DNA from: an uncultured Glaciecola sp.
Lineage (GTDB): Bacteria; Pseudomonadota; Gammaproteobacteria; Enterobacterales; Alteromonadaceae
Direction of reading: 5' to 3'
NCBI GenBank assembly: GCA_937125395.1
Contig: CAKZLI010000059.1
Coordinates: forward strand, 1,462 to 65,461
Length of the DNA: 64,000 bases
Both the position numbers and the translations under genes were made by a program. This document shows positions 1 through 10,546 of this stretch, in pieces; the stretch's first letter is position 1; the number at the start of each line of letters is the position of its first letter. Below the pieces are notes generated by a model. It saw only the letters and a program-made list of their open reading frames with translations, made no database searches and was not told the origin of the DNA.

Positions 1-75
1 TGCCAGTATTTTTTCACGTTGAGACAGCTGCTGGTACTTTTGGTTGAGTTGTTCAATACTCGATACTTGGCTCAT
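1..75 (-). CDS. mshJ: First 25 codons of the next pilus-assembly gene (PilO-like MshJ by position); runs off the window
   Basis: The reverse complement of 1-75 reads ATG AGC CAA... = MSQVSSIEQLNQKYQQLSQREKILA with no stop. An AGGAGA Shine-Dalgarno lies ~8 nt upstream and the start is 2 nt after the stop of the preceding PilN-like gene. It is absent from the ORF track because it is open-ended. The product is assigned only from PilM/PilN/PilO gene order. Confidence 0.4.
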   Translation of the reverse strand, partial: MSQVSSIEQLNQKYQQLSQREKILA

Positions 76-77
76 CG

Positions 78-665
78 TTATTGATCTCCTTTGGACGTTT
101 GTAGCTCAAAGACTAATTGCTCTTGTTGGCGAACTAATTTGGCGCTATTGAACTCCCGACCCGCAAAATACTCAGTGCTACTAAGCTGCGTTACCCATTG
201 TGGCAGCGCACTAGGAGAAGCGGCTTGACCGGTTAATAGCATATCGTCGCCGACTACTTTGATTGAGGTCAGCCATAACTCGCTGCTGTGTTTTAAGGCA
301 AGGGCTTCAAGTAAATCAGCAAAATTATGCTTGAGCATCGAATCACGCGCTTGCAACTCAGCAACTAAGCGTTTTTTTTGTTTAAGCATAGTGGCTTGCA
401 TTTGTGATGTGCGGATCAAAGATGGATCTTCGACCCGGTTTTCAAGTTCGGCATTAATCACATTTAACACGGAGGTTTTTCGATTAATTTCGCCACGTAA
501 CGTGTCCATCTCTATCACTAGTTGTCGTTTATCATGGTCCATGTAACTACTGACACCAAACATCATGACGGCGGATAACGCCATGCAAACCATCACTGTA
601 TATATGGTGAGTAATTCGAGTTGAGGTTTAAGCGTATCAGGTAATAAATTAATGGTGTGTTTCAT
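78..665 (-). CDS. PilN-like type IV pilus assembly protein (MshI C-terminal-half equivalent / MshI2)
   Basis: 195 aa. The N-terminus is MKHTINLLPD followed by one TM helix (LLTIYTVMVCMALSAVMMFGV) and a coiled-coil region, which is the PilN/fimbrial-assembly layout. Its start overlaps the stop of the upstream PilM-like gene by 1 nt. Confidence 0.6.
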   Translation of the reverse strand: MKHTINLLPDTLKPQLELLTIYTVMVCMALSAVMMFGVSSYMDHDKRQLVIEMDTLRGEINRKTSVLNVINAELENRVEDPSLIRTSQMQATMLKQKKRLVAELQARDSMLKHNFADLLEALALKHSSELWLTSIKVVGDDMLLTGQAASPSALPQWVTQLSSTEYFAGREFNSAKLVRQQEQLVFELQTSKGDQ

Positions 666-1639
666 TAGGCCGCCTCATTGTGTACACGAGACTCGGATTT
701 GTTATACGCGATCATGGCTGCACCTAAGGCGTTTAAACTAAATTCGTTGAGGTTGATATCTACTTTTATTTCCATACTGGGACTGAGTAGTGAAACCGGC
801 ATATCAATGACTTTTTCAATATCTTGAGCAACGACTTCTTGTTGTTCAATGGGGAGACGTAAAAAAATATGTTTGATTTGTGCCTGGCGAAGTTGATTAC
901 TAAAGTAGTCCAGTGAACGTTGGATTTGGATGCATAATGATTCAATGATCCCCATGCGTAACTCATCAGCTGAAAACTGACCTAAATTATCAAAACCGCG
1001 TAAACGACGAGTCAGGTATAATTGATTATCTTTTATGATATTCAAACAGACCTCACCACCGAGCTCTTGGACTAGCGTTAAGACGGCTTCTGAGTGGCTG
1101 TGAACCAACTCACACGCGGCTATTTCTTCCACGACGATTTGCTGTAGATCGAGGTTCAAATCAAACATCAATTGATTGATCCCTTCAATGTGTTCGTATT
1201 CGATCGCAACGGTGTTGATTTTGTGTTGCCCAGATAGTTGTACCGGCATATCAAAAAAATCGTAAGAGACGTCTTTATCCGTGGTTAACAATTCTTTTAA
1301 CGGCCACTGCAATGCCGCATGCACCTCATTGTCATCTACATCAGGTCGGTCAACCTGCATCAATTGATAGTATGATTCGGTATAAGAAATATAGGTTGGC
1401 GTGCCATCTAAATTGTTCGCTTTAACCCATGCACTAAATTCAGTTTTGAATGTGGCCTTATCAAATTTGCATGCGTGAGCCCAGGAAACTTCCGCACCTT
1501 GTTTGACGAGTCCCACGACATGATGAGTGTGCTTGCCAATAGAGATCCCCAGCGAAAATATCGCATTACGTTTTGCGAGTTTTAGGGTGAGATATTGACG
1601 CCAACTAATTTGCATTGTCATTCCTTTGCTCATGCACAA
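665..1639 (-). CDS. mshI: MSHA biogenesis protein MshI (PilM-like cytoplasmic pilus assembly protein)
   Basis: The 324-aa ORF is first in a PilM/PilN/PilO-ordered operon next to ssb-uvrA, as in the Vibrio cholerae MSHA locus. The listed start is TTG. The ATG at 1613-1615 (MQISWRQ...), preceded by AAGGA, is a more likely start. Confidence 0.5.
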   Translation of the reverse strand: MCMSKGMTMQISWRQYLTLKLAKRNAIFSLGISIGKHTHHVVGLVKQGAEVSWAHACKFDKATFKTEFSAWVKANNLDGTPTYISYTESYYQLMQVDRPDVDDNEVHAALQWPLKELLTTDKDVSYDFFDMPVQLSGQHKINTVAIEYEHIEGINQLMFDLNLDLQQIVVEEIAACELVHSHSEAVLTLVQELGGEVCLNIIKDNQLYLTRRLRGFDNLGQFSADELRMGIIESLCIQIQRSLDYFSNQLRQAQIKHIFLRLPIEQQEVVAQDIEKVIDMPVSLLSPSMEIKVDINLNEFSLNALGAAMIAYNKSESRVHNEAA

Positions 1640-1832
1640 TTGTGCGCGATTCCATTCGATGTTAATTACTAAAGCAATTATCCTGCCGTAATATCAAATC
1701 ACAGTAATAACTACATTCCATGACAGTTTTATCGACATCCATAGGCGTTACTTTAGTCAAAAAGACAGTAAAGATGAGTAATATAAACAGTCGAGTGACG
1801 GCATATTGGCACATGGGCATGACATGCTAGTG

Positions 1833-1873
1833 GTGAGTGAAGAGTGAAGAGTGAAGAGTGAAGAGTGAAGAGG
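1833..1873. repeat. Heptanucleotide tandem repeat (GTGAAGA) x5 perfect copies plus partial flanks
   Basis: Read directly: gtga-gtgaaga-gtgaaga-gtgaaga-gtgaaga-gtgaaga-gg. The perfect copies span 1837-1871. It lies in the 353-bp divergent intergenic region between mshI and the MCP gene. Confidence 0.95.
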
Positions 1874-1992
1874 CAGATCATTGCCACTGTGGCGGACGCT
1901 AGACTCAATGGGTATTTAATCGAAATCAATCCTCAATATCCAAGCCAATGAACCGATAATCCTTGTATCACAGACATTTACAAGGATTGAGT

Positions 1993-3984
1993 ATGTCTTT
2001 ATCAAAAAGCTTAACATTGACACGCACCACCATTATTTCTGTTTGCATCATCGTCTTACTTGTTGTCGGTTTGGCAACGACAACCCTGTCCACCAAATAT
2101 TCGACATCGCAGGATGCTAAGTATAGTGTCATGCTCAGTGATGTTGCATTAGCATTAGATAGTGTTGCTCATCAGCATTCGTTAGAACGGGGCTTATCCG
2201 CAGCGTATTTAGGCAACCCTTCAGCGTCATCGTTATCTGCATTAACGGCACAACGCGGCCTTGCTGATCGCTCCATTGAGCAATTAGAAAAGGCACTGAG
2301 TGTTGTTAATAATAGCGGCACAAAAGACGCTTTGGCTTTTTCGTTATTCTTTCAATCGCTCAATGACATCCCTAACATGCGCGCTGCTGTTGATAATGGT
2401 GCAGCCCCTAGGATGTTAATCTTTTATTCGCATATTAATCGTTTAGCGCTTGATGCGATGATTAAGATCAGTCGATTAATAACCAACCCGGCATTGAAAA
2501 AAGGCTATGTTGATGCGTACTATTTAGGTTGGTACAAAGAACGTTTAGGGCAAATTAGAGCAGGTGTAACCCAAATATTAACCACTCAAATATTGGATAA
2601 TGCGTTGCATACCCAGTTATTGTTTTTTGCCAGTGATCGCGATGTAAATCAACAGTATTTATTGGATGTATTAGACTCGCAAAGGCTACAAGAATTTAAT
2701 GCCGCCATCATTGATGCCGATGCTAAAAACATTGATGCCATGGCTGCACTCATTCGGCGTGACAATGCTGCGCTGTTAACCACACCCTTAAGCGCCCAGC
2801 AATGGTTTAATACGGCGACTAGCGCGATCAGCACAATCAAATCCATTGTGGATAATAAATGGCAAGCCAATCAACAGATAGCGAAGAACTTAACGCGACA
2901 TGCAACGTTTAGTTTATGGGCTGAGGTCGCAGTGATTATCATCGCGTTATTGATGTTGTTATTACTCAATAAACATATGATCAAATCGTTAAAATCGGAG
3001 CTGTTACATTTGACCGGTGTAATGGAGCGCGTAGCCAAAGAAGGTGACTTGATGACTAATTTTGAACAAGAATCGTCACGCGAGTTAGGTCAATTATCCA
3101 CGGCCATTATTTCTTCGTTTAGCATCTTTAAACAGTTATTAATCAAAATGGGGTTGTCGGTTGATACACAACGCTCCTTATCAGCAGATTTTAATCAAGC
3201 CACGTTAGTCGTCTCTCAAGAATCACAACGCACGCGTGACTTGACTATGAGTATGGCAGGTGCTGCGGAACAAATGTCTAAAACCAGTTTGTCGATAGCA
3301 TGCTCGGCAGTTGAAACCAAAAGTCAGTCGGACGGCTTATCTCAAGAAATTGGAACGACAGTAAAAAGTAATCTGGCTAGCAAACAATCGTTATCAACAT
3401 TATCAAAAAACATGTCTGATATTCAAGAAAAAACCCAAACTACAGCAACACATATCGATGAAATATCGGCTATTTTGCAAACCATTAATAGCCTATCAGA
3501 ACAAACTAATTTGTTATCTCTCAATGCGGCTATTGAAGCGGCAAGAGCTGGTGAGCATGGTCGAGGTTTTGCCGTAGTCGCGGATGAGGTGCGCAACTTG
3601 GCGACAGATTCACATCATTCGACGAAAAAGATCGCTGTGCTATTGCAATCGTTACAAACATCCTCTGATGATGTGCAAGATGCCGTTCATTCTGGACAGC
3701 AGAACATTGATAAAACGTTAGATGAGGTTGATCAGACTCAATCTGTATGTGATCAACTGGTCGCTCGGGCATCTGCAATGCAGGAACAAGCAGATGTGGT
3801 TGCCTCTGCTGCAGAAGAACAATCCGTGTGCTGTGAACAAATAGCCAAAGAACTCACCAGTGTACTACAGGCTTGTGACGCAGAGGTACAAGCGGTCAAT
3901 AACCTCAAATCGGTGTTTAGTGAACTTGAGTCCACTAACAACGATATGGTGGGAATGATGAGTTACTTTAAATATTCTGCTTAG
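1993..3984 (+). CDS. Methyl-accepting chemotaxis protein with a periplasmic NIT (nitrate/nitrite-sensing type) domain
   Basis: TM1 is [20 protein letters not shown]. The periplasmic region carries [15 protein letters not shown], typical of NIT domains. TM2 is [20 protein letters not shown], followed by HAMP. The C-terminal MCP signalling core is [31 protein letters not shown]. The track start at 1963 is TTG; I prefer the ATG at 1993 (MSLSKS...) with AAGGA upstream. Confidence 0.85.
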   Translation: MSLSKSLTLTRTTIISVCIIVLLVVGLATTTLSTKYSTSQDAKYSVMLSDVALALDSVAHQHSLERGLSAAYLGNPSASSLSALTAQRGLADRSIEQLEKALSVVNNSGTKDALAFSLFFQSLNDIPNMRAAVDNGAAPRMLIFYSHINRLALDAMIKISRLITNPALKKGYVDAYYLGWYKERLGQIRAGVTQILTTQILDNALHTQLLFFASDRDVNQQYLLDVLDSQRLQEFNAAIIDADAKNIDAMAALIRRDNAALLTTPLSAQQWFNTATSAISTIKSIVDNKWQANQQIAKNLTRHATFSLWAEVAVIIIALLMLLLLNKHMIKSLKSELLHLTGVMERVAKEGDLMTNFEQESSRELGQLSTAIISSFSIFKQLLIKMGLSVDTQRSLSADFNQATLVVSQESQRTRDLTMSMAGAAEQMSKTSLSIACSAVETKSQSDGLSQEIGTTVKSNLASKQSLSTLSKNMSDIQEKTQTTATHIDEISAILQTINSLSEQTNLLSLNAAIEAARAGEHGRGFAVVADEVRNLATDSHHSTKKIAVLLQSLQTSSDDVQDAVHSGQQNIDKTLDEVDQTQSVCDQLVARASAMQEQADVVASAAEEQSVCCEQIAKELTSVLQACDAEVQAVNNLKSVFSELESTNNDMVGMMSYFKYSA

Positions 3985-4409
3985 TAGGTACCCGATAAAA
4001 GGGCTTCAAGGCGGTCATGTATTTCCGCTTTGAGCTCTTTATCTTCAATTTTGTTGGAACTGATTTTGGCATTTTGTAGGTTGGTTATTGCCGCGTCAGT
4101 TTGTCCCAAATCAATTTGTAAAAGAGCCATCGACAGTGCGATTGAGGACATATGATCTTTTGAATTAAGCGCCTTCGCTTTGACCAATGCCTTTTCGTAA
4201 CCGGCAATCGCTTCTTCTAAATCGGCAGTAAAATCAGCCAAGGTTTCCCATTGTTCTGGGTGGTCTTTGTGGGTATCTTCGTTATCAACACAGATAGCCA
4301 GTAATTCAGCATACAAACGGTCAAAAGTCACCTTGTCATCCGAGTTTGCAGCTTTCATTAGCTGTTCAGATAAACTGTAAACGGCTTTGTATATTTTGGT
4401 ATTGATCAT
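3981..4409 (-). CDS. Small TPR-like helical repeat protein, function unknown
   Basis: 142 aa, all-helical and acidic, with TPR-like segments ([16 protein letters not shown]..., [26 protein letters not shown]). Its stop codon overlaps the MCP stop (TTAG, convergent). Confidence 0.5.
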   Translation of the reverse strand: MINTKIYKAVYSLSEQLMKAANSDDKVTFDRLYAELLAICVDNEDTHKDHPEQWETLADFTADLEEAIAGYEKALVKAKALNSKDHMSSIALSMALLQIDLGQTDAAITNLQNAKISSNKIEDKELKAEIHDRLEALLSGTY

Positions 4410-4431
4410 GATGAATTATCTCTATTGGGTA

Positions 4432-4457
4432 ATAAAAACCCATGATATACATGGGCT
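4432..4457 (-). terminator. Rho-independent terminator downstream of ssb
   Basis: The minus strand reads AGCCCATG-TATAT-CATGGG followed by TTTTTATT, about 40 nt after the ssb stop. Confidence 0.6.
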
Positions 4458-4494
4458 TATTATTTTAAATTAACATTTTCGAGTTATATTCTCC

Positions 4495-5061
4495 TCAAAA
4501 CGGAATGTCATCGTCAAAATCAAAATCAGGTTCTTTAGGTGCCTGTGTTGCAGGAGCCGCTTGTTGTTGAGCTGGTCTACTGTATCCACCACCTTGGCCA
4601 CCTTGCTGTTGCGGCGCTTGATTGTAATTATTTTGGCCGCCACCTTGTTGCTGTGGTGCTTGGTTGTAATTGTTTTGGCCGCCACCTTGATTCATGCCAC
4701 CTTGATTACCTTGGCCACCGCCGGCACGACCACCTAACATTTGCATTTGGTCAGCGATAATTTCTGTCGTGTAACGATCGTTACCTTGTTGATCTTGCCA
4801 CTTGCGCGTTTGTAATTTACCTTCTAGATAAACTTGTGACCCTTTTTTAAGGTACTCACCTGCAATTTCGGCTAAACGACGATACATAGTGACTTTATGC
4901 CACTCGGTACGTTCTTGTGGTTGACCTTGTTGGTCTTTCCAGCTTTCACTAGTAGCAACACTGAGGTTAGCAACAGCGCCACCATTGGGCAAGTTACGGA
5001 TCTCTGGATCATTACCTAGATTACCAACGATAATTACTTTATTTACACCTTTAGATGCCAT
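4495..5061 (-). CDS. ssb: Single-stranded DNA-binding protein
   Basis: The N-terminal OB fold begins [20 protein letters not shown] and includes TEWHKV. A Gly/Gln/Asn-rich linker follows, then the canonical acidic tip [10 protein letters not shown]. Confidence 0.97.
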   Translation of the reverse strand: MASKGVNKVIIVGNLGNDPEIRNLPNGGAVANLSVATSESWKDQQGQPQERTEWHKVTMYRRLAEIAGEYLKKGSQVYLEGKLQTRKWQDQQGNDRYTTEIIADQMQMLGGRAGGGQGNQGGMNQGGGQNNYNQAPQQQGGGQNNYNQAPQQQGGQGGGYSRPAQQQAAPATQAPKEPDFDFDDDIPF

Positions 5062-5075
5062 CTTCTTCCCCGTTA

Positions 5076-6422
5076 TTATTGGACTGCTTGTTCTGCTAAC
5101 GCTAAGTCAAAGGTTTTAGGGTCTACTTTGAGGTAAGCCGCTTGTTCATCTTCAACTACAGTGATGTCGATTATGCCGGTAATAGCTTGTAATCGCTGTG
5201 CGATTTCTACTACCGAATAGTTTGCTTGATTGAGCGATAGTGTAACTCTTTTTAGTTGCTGATGGTGACTTAAAGTTGAAATTATTACCAACCAAATCAC
5301 ACCAATCAAGATACATAAAGTATACAGCGCGGTTGTCGAAAATGAACTGATCATTAGTCCAGAAATAATTCCGCCTAAAAAAGCACCAAAGAATTGAAAG
5401 CTCGCATATATTCCCATTGCACTGCCTTTATTGCCTGCTGGAGCGATACTGGATACGAGTGCTGGGATGTTTGCTTCTAAATAATTAAACCCAATAAAAA
5501 ACACACTAACAAGACCAAACAAATGCCATAGGGACAAGGTTAGCGTAGGATTAACCTCCAACCCAATAAAACACAATGTCATGCATACAATACTTAATTG
5601 CATCACTAATTTAGGGTGTGTTTGGGCGCCACGCATCAAGGTTATCAGACCCAAAAGAGACACGATTAATACCGGGAAATACCACTGCCATTGCAACGCT
5701 AAAGTAATACCTGCATCCGCAAGCAATACCGGTAATTGAACAAATAATATCGTAATCAACATATGTAATATACAGACGCTAATATTCAATATACGCAGTT
5801 GTTTATCTTGTAACATAGCGCGAATATGAGTCATGCGCGGAAGGGTATCTGCACTGGGTGCTATGTTGGTTGCATTGGGCACCACAAAAATAACCACTGC
5901 AATCCCCACTACACTTAAGCCAGCGGTGAGATAAAAAATTCCACTTAGACCAGCAACACCCGAAATGATAGGTCCTAGTATGAGTGCCAAATAAAATGAT
6001 AATCCGATAGAGACACCGATAATAGCCATTACTTTTGTGCGTTGAGATTCACGGGTGACATCAGCAGCTAAAGCCATCACCGCTCCAGCAATTGCCCCAG
6101 CACCTTGTATCACACGTCCAATGATTAGCCATAACATAGAATCGGCGAGGCCTGCGATGATACTGCCAATGGCAAAACAAACTAGGCCAGCGATAATAAT
6201 CGGTTTACGGCCAATCCGATCCGACAGCATGCCCATGGGGATCTGTAAGAAGGCTTGAGTCAGGCCATAGCCACCGATTGCTAACCCCACTAACCACGGC
6301 GTATAGCCATCATAGTCAAGTGCCAGTAATGCAATCACAGGCATCACCATAAAGAGGCCGAGCATGCGCAATACATAGATAGCGGCTAGGGCAAAAGCGG
6401 CACGTAATTCAGTAGTGTTCAC
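5076..6422 (-). CDS. yajR: MFS transporter, YajR-like, with a C-terminal soluble (YAM-type) domain
   Basis: The N-terminus ([11 protein letters not shown]...[24 protein letters not shown]) resembles E. coli YajR. About 12 TM segments are followed by a ~60-aa hydrophilic tail. It ends 14 nt upstream of ssb, with GGGGAAG as the ssb SD, so the two are probably co-transcribed. Confidence 0.75.
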   Translation of the reverse strand: MNTTELRAAFALAAIYVLRMLGLFMVMPVIALLALDYDGYTPWLVGLAIGGYGLTQAFLQIPMGMLSDRIGRKPIIIAGLVCFAIGSIIAGLADSMLWLIIGRVIQGAGAIAGAVMALAADVTRESQRTKVMAIIGVSIGLSFYLALILGPIISGVAGLSGIFYLTAGLSVVGIAVVIFVVPNATNIAPSADTLPRMTHIRAMLQDKQLRILNISVCILHMLITILFVQLPVLLADAGITLALQWQWYFPVLIVSLLGLITLMRGAQTHPKLVMQLSIVCMTLCFIGLEVNPTLTLSLWHLFGLVSVFFIGFNYLEANIPALVSSIAPAGNKGSAMGIYASFQFFGAFLGGIISGLMISSFSTTALYTLCILIGVIWLVIISTLSHHQQLKRVTLSLNQANYSVVEIAQRLQAITGIIDITVVEDEQAAYLKVDPKTFDLALAEQAVQ

Positions 6423-6491
6423 AGTAATTTAAAGCTTTTCAAAAAAGATAATCAGATAAATTATTCTATCACATTTTTGTTGAAGTAAAAT

Positions 6492-6507
6492 CTGACAAAT
6501 CAGACAG
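6492..6507. promoter_or_regulatory. Candidate (imperfect) LexA/SOS box in the yajR-ssb <> uvrA divergent region
   Basis: CTGACAAATCAGACAG fits CTG-N10-CAG, with one half-site ACAG and the other CTGA instead of CTGT. It lies 70 nt upstream of the MFS start and 155 nt upstream of uvrA. In E. coli the ssb/uvrA divergent region carries a similarly imperfect box. Confidence 0.35.
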
Positions 6508-6662
6508 GTTGTATCAACGCACATTACATCACTGCTTTTGCCTAATTAACTGTGATCGGAATAAGATATTATGCGTAACTACTTTAATCATTTTCTTACC
6601 TTTAGATGTCGTAATCAGTGATGATATGTCATACTGCGGGTTTTGCACATTGAAGCGGTTGC

Positions 6663-9494
6663 ATGGATAAAATAGAAGTTCGTGGTGCGCGTACGCACAA
6701 TCTTAAAAACATTTCCCTTGATATCCCGCGAGACAAGCTAGTTGTCATTACCGGTCTTTCTGGATCAGGTAAATCCTCTCTCGCTTTTGATACATTGTAT
6801 GCTGAAGGTCAGCGTCGCTATGTTGAATCATTATCAGCTTATGCTCGACAATTTTTGTCGATGATGGAAAAGCCCGATGTCGATCATATCGAAGGTTTAT
6901 CGCCTGCCATTTCTATTGAACAAAAATCCACATCACATAATCCCCGTTCAACAGTCGGTACCATTACCGAGATATACGATTACCTGCGATTGTTATTTGC
7001 TCGTGTTGGTGTCCCGTTGTGTCCTGAACATGATACGGTGCTTGATGCACAGACCGTCTCACAGATGGTCGACCGTGTACTGGCAATGCCAGAAGGGACT
7101 AAGCTCATGCTATTAGCGCCAGTGGTGCAAGATCGTAAAGGTGAGCATCTCAAAACTCTTGAAGGGTTATCTGCACAGGGATTTATTCGCGCTCGGATTG
7201 ATGGTGAAGTCTGTGATTTATCCGATCCACCTGCACTTGACCTACATAAAAAACACACAATTGAAGTGGTCGTTGACCGTTTTAAAGTCCGTGACGATTT
7301 GCAACTGCGCCTTGCTGAATCATTTGAAACGGCGCTAGGCTTGTCTGCTGGCAATGCCAAGATTGCGTATATGGATGACGTTGATGCTGATGAGATTATT
7401 TTCTCGGCAAATTTTGCCTGTCCACATTGTGGTTATTCAATTAGCGAGTTAGAGCCTCGTATGTTCTCATTTAATAACCCTGCTGGTGCGTGTCAAACAT
7501 GTGATGGATTAGGTACACGACAGTTTTTTGATCCCTCCAGAGTCGTCAGTAATGAAGAGTTGAGTCTTGCCGGTGGCGCAATTCGAGGATGGGATAAGCG
7601 CAGTTATTATTATTTTCAAATGTTACAAGCCGTGGCTGAGCATTATGAGTTTGATTTGAGTGTGCCGTTTAATGAGCTAGACAAATCTGCCAGAGATATT
7701 GTCTTAAATGGCTCCAAAGGCCAGTCGATCAACTTTAAATACATCAATGAACGTGGCGATATCATGCAGCGCAAGCATCCCTTTGAAGGGATCATTCCGA
7801 ATATGGAGCGGCGTTACAAAGATACTGAATCCAATGCGGTACGTGACGAATTAGCCAAATACTTAGCGCAACAACCTTGTTCCACTTGTGCTGGTTCTCG
7901 CCTGCGTCTTGAAGCAAGGCATGTATTTATCGCTGATACCAATTTACCGACAGTTGCGACGATGTCGATTGCCGACTCGTTAGCATTTTTTGAGTCGTTA
8001 GCATTAAGCGGTCAACGTGCAGCGATTGCGGATAAGATCCTTAAAGAAATCCAACAGCGTTTAACATTTTTGGTGAATGTTGGACTAAATTATCTGTCTC
8101 TAGAGCGAAGCGCCGATACTTTGTCAGGTGGTGAAGCGCAACGAATACGTTTAGCTAGTCAGATTGGTGCTGGTTTGATGGGGGTAATGTACGTGCTGGA
8201 TGAGCCGTCAATTGGCTTGCATCAACGTGACAATGAACGCTTACTCAAAACATTGCGTCATTTGCGTGATTTAGGTAATACGGTGTTGGTGGTTGAGCAT
8301 GACGAGGATGCAATTCGTGAGGCTGATTATATCATTGATATTGGTCCTGGTGCCGGAGTGCATGGCGGAGAAATTATCGCGCAAGGCTCTTATGCAGATA
8401 TCATTAATTCGGAGCATTCGTTAACTGGTAAGTATTTATCCGGTCGTGAAGGGATCGCCATTCCTAAAAAACGCAACAAAGCCAAAGCCAAAGGTTGGTT
8501 ACAATTAGACGGTGCGACAGGTAATAATCTAAAAAATGTGAGTTTGTCGATCCCGACAGGCCTAATGACTTGTGTCACTGGAGTATCAGGCTCAGGTAAA
8601 TCCACCTTAATAAATGATACGTTTTATAAAATTGCTCAACGAGAATTAAATAACGCCACCTTAGGTGAGCCTGCGCCGTATAAGTCTATGAAAGGCTTAG
8701 AAATGTTGGATAAAGTAGTGGATATTGACCAAAGTCCTATTGGACGAACCCCACGCTCAAACCCAGCTACGTACGCAGGCATATTTACGCCTATTCGTGA
8801 GATGTTTGCCGGTACACAAGAAGCGCGATCACGTGGTTATAAACCGGGGCGGTTTAGCTTTAATGTTAAAGGTGGCCGTTGTGAAGCGTGCCAAGGCGAT
8901 GGCGTCATTAAAGTAGAAATGCATTTTTTACCGGATGTATATGTGCCGTGCGATTTGTGTAAAGGTAAGCGTTATAACCGTGAAACCTTAGAAATCCGTT
9001 ACAAAGGCAAAAACATTCATGAAATCCTTGAGATGACGGTTGAAGATGCGCGGGAATTTTTTGATGCGATCCCAGCCATAAATCGTAAGCTTCAAACGCT
9101 AATGGACGTTGGCTTGTCGTACATTTGTTTGGGCCAATCAGCAACGACATTATCTGGTGGTGAAGCACAACGGGTTAAGTTAGCCAAAGAATTATCCAAG
9201 CGCGATACAGGCCAAACGTTATATATCTTGGATGAGCCGACAACAGGATTACACTTTCATGATATTAAACAATTACTTGAAGTATTAAATCGCTTACGTG
9301 ATGCGGGCAATACCATGGTCGTGATTGAGCATAACTTAGATGTCATCAAAACTGCCGATTGGGTCATTGATTTAGGCCCTGAGGGTGGTTCAGGTGGAGG
9401 TCAAATTATTGCACAAGGTACACCTGAAGATGTGTGTAAAGTGGCAGAATCTCATACGGGGCATTTTTTGCAGCCTATCTTGGCAAGAGGGTAA
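6663..9494 (+). CDS. uvrA: Excinuclease ABC subunit A
   Basis: 943 aa with two ABC modules: Walker [24 protein letters not shown] and [13 protein letters not shown], and two LSGGEAQR signatures. Zinc-finger Cys pairs are present (CPHCG..CQTCDG; [14 protein letters not shown]). Confidence 0.98.
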   Translation: MDKIEVRGARTHNLKNISLDIPRDKLVVITGLSGSGKSSLAFDTLYAEGQRRYVESLSAYARQFLSMMEKPDVDHIEGLSPAISIEQKSTSHNPRSTVGTITEIYDYLRLLFARVGVPLCPEHDTVLDAQTVSQMVDRVLAMPEGTKLMLLAPVVQDRKGEHLKTLEGLSAQGFIRARIDGEVCDLSDPPALDLHKKHTIEVVVDRFKVRDDLQLRLAESFETALGLSAGNAKIAYMDDVDADEIIFSANFACPHCGYSISELEPRMFSFNNPAGACQTCDGLGTRQFFDPSRVVSNEELSLAGGAIRGWDKRSYYYFQMLQAVAEHYEFDLSVPFNELDKSARDIVLNGSKGQSINFKYINERGDIMQRKHPFEGIIPNMERRYKDTESNAVRDELAKYLAQQPCSTCAGSRLRLEARHVFIADTNLPTVATMSIADSLAFFESLALSGQRAAIADKILKEIQQRLTFLVNVGLNYLSLERSADTLSGGEAQRIRLASQIGAGLMGVMYVLDEPSIGLHQRDNERLLKTLRHLRDLGNTVLVVEHDEDAIREADYIIDIGPGAGVHGGEIIAQGSYADIINSEHSLTGKYLSGREGIAIPKKRNKAKAKGWLQLDGATGNNLKNVSLSIPTGLMTCVTGVSGSGKSTLINDTFYKIAQRELNNATLGEPAPYKSMKGLEMLDKVVDIDQSPIGRTPRSNPATYAGIFTPIREMFAGTQEARSRGYKPGRFSFNVKGGRCEACQGDGVIKVEMHFLPDVYVPCDLCKGKRYNRETLEIRYKGKNIHEILEMTVEDAREFFDAIPAINRKLQTLMDVGLSYICLGQSATTLSGGEAQRVKLAKELSKRDTGQTLYILDEPTTGLHFHDIKQLLEVLNRLRDAGNTMVVIEHNLDVIKTADWVIDLGPEGGSGGGQIIAQGTPEDVCKVAESHTGHFLQPILARG

Positions 9495-9496
9495 GG

Positions 9497-9898
9497 ATGT
9501 TTACTGAAGAATTCAAAATTCGTTTTTATGAAACCGATGCATTGCGTCATGTCAATAATACCGTGGTTCCGCAGTGGTTTGAAACTGCGCGTGAACCGGT
9601 TTTTAAGGTATTTAATCCTTCATTGCAACTGGATAACTGGCCGTTGATTGTTGCTGGGTTTTCGGTGGATTTTTTGGCGCAGATTCATTACGGTAAAAAT
9701 GTGACCGTGCATACTGGCATCGAACGAATTGGTAACAGCTCGTTTGTAGTGCTCCAATATGCTTATCAAGATGGTATAAAAGTGGCCAAGGGCTCAACCA
9801 CGTTAGTTAACTTTGATTATACCACTCAACGATCATCGCCTATTAGCGATGACATCAAGGCGACATTATCACAGTGGTTAGTGGAAACTCACTCATAA
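9497..9898 (+). CDS. Acyl-CoA thioesterase, 4HBT/YbgC-like hotdog fold
   Basis: 133 aa. The N-terminus FKIRFYETDALRHVNNTV is the typical 4HBT catalytic-Asp region. Confidence 0.65.
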   Translation: MFTEEFKIRFYETDALRHVNNTVVPQWFETAREPVFKVFNPSLQLDNWPLIVAGFSVDFLAQIHYGKNVTVHTGIERIGNSSFVVLQYAYQDGIKVAKGSTTLVNFDYTTQRSSPISDDIKATLSQWLVETHS

Positions 9899-10371
9899 GC
9901 GAGTACTTGCTCACCTTCAAGTCTGTAACCTACAGTCGCAATATCACCGCTCCAGCCTTTAGTTGATAGCTTGCCTACGATCCACACGGCATCGTACAAG
10001 TTATCAATTGGCACCCCATCTTTGAATGTGACATAGACAATCTGATTAGAGGGTGGGGGTGGAACGTGAATACAGGCACCAAAATAGGGCACTAATAAAA
10101 ATTCAGTGGTCAGCTCTGCTGTTCCTTCTAATGGTACAACAAAGCCTGGGATCTTGACATACTGGCCATCTAACTCAGCGAGCACTGGCGCATTTGGCGC
10201 GGCTTGTGTCATATTATTCATGTGATCGACAGTGACTTCTGGTGCAACAAATCCTTTTGGCACCATGTCTTCCCAATACAATTCTTTGGGCTGGGGTTGT
10301 GTATTGGCAAATAATCCAATACTGGTTATGGCGAGTAACCAAAGTGTTAAGCCCCACATTACACGTTGCAT
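9889..10371 (-). CDS. DUF3299-family periplasmic protein
   Basis: It contains LVPYFGACIHVPPPPSNQIVYV, the hallmark DUF3299 motif. I placed the start at the ATG at 10369-10371 (MQRVMWGLTLWLLAITSIGLFA, a signal peptide) rather than at the track start 10437. Confidence 0.65.
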   Translation of the reverse strand: MQRVMWGLTLWLLAITSIGLFANTQPQPKELYWEDMVPKGFVAPEVTVDHMNNMTQAAPNAPVLAELDGQYVKIPGFVVPLEGTAELTTEFLLVPYFGACIHVPPPPSNQIVYVTFKDGVPIDNLYDAVWIVGKLSTKGWSGDIATVGYRLEGEQVLAYE

Positions 10372-10546
10372 AGTTGTATTCTCATATAAACATTGGTGTC
10401 TGAGATAATTATACGCAGGTTCTACTTTAAACATCACTAAAAATTATTGATGTTATTGCTAATATTGACTTCCCCCGCACACTGGTTAACACTGACTCTA
10501 TAGTTCAACGGATATCCACCTCTTTACGTTAAGGAATGACGTACAC

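Noticed and set aside
259-966. Track ORFs 259-546 (+) and 766-966 (-) inside the pilus genes
   Set aside because: They are antisense or out-of-frame within longer ORFs that carry recognisable PilN/PilM features. Their composition is low-complexity and they have no RBS.
1833-1873. CRISPR array
   Set aside because: The units are 7 bp and directly abutting, with no spacers. No CRISPR-like repeat-spacer structure exists anywhere in the window.
2649-3941. Track ORFs 2649-2870, 3530-3778 and 3753-3941 (-)
   Set aside because: All are antisense to the MCP gene, whose signalling-domain motifs fix the real frame.
4470-4760. Track ORFs 4470-4685 (-) and 4539-4760 (+)
   Set aside because: They are artefacts of the repetitive Gly/Gln/Asn linker of ssb, which stays open in several frames.
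6055-9168. Short ORFs overlapping the MFS gene and uvrA (6055-6258, 6877-7116, 6980-7360, 7141-7338, 8390-8605, 8725-8916, 8908-9168)
   Set aside because: They are embedded in genes with unambiguous motifs in another frame or strand.
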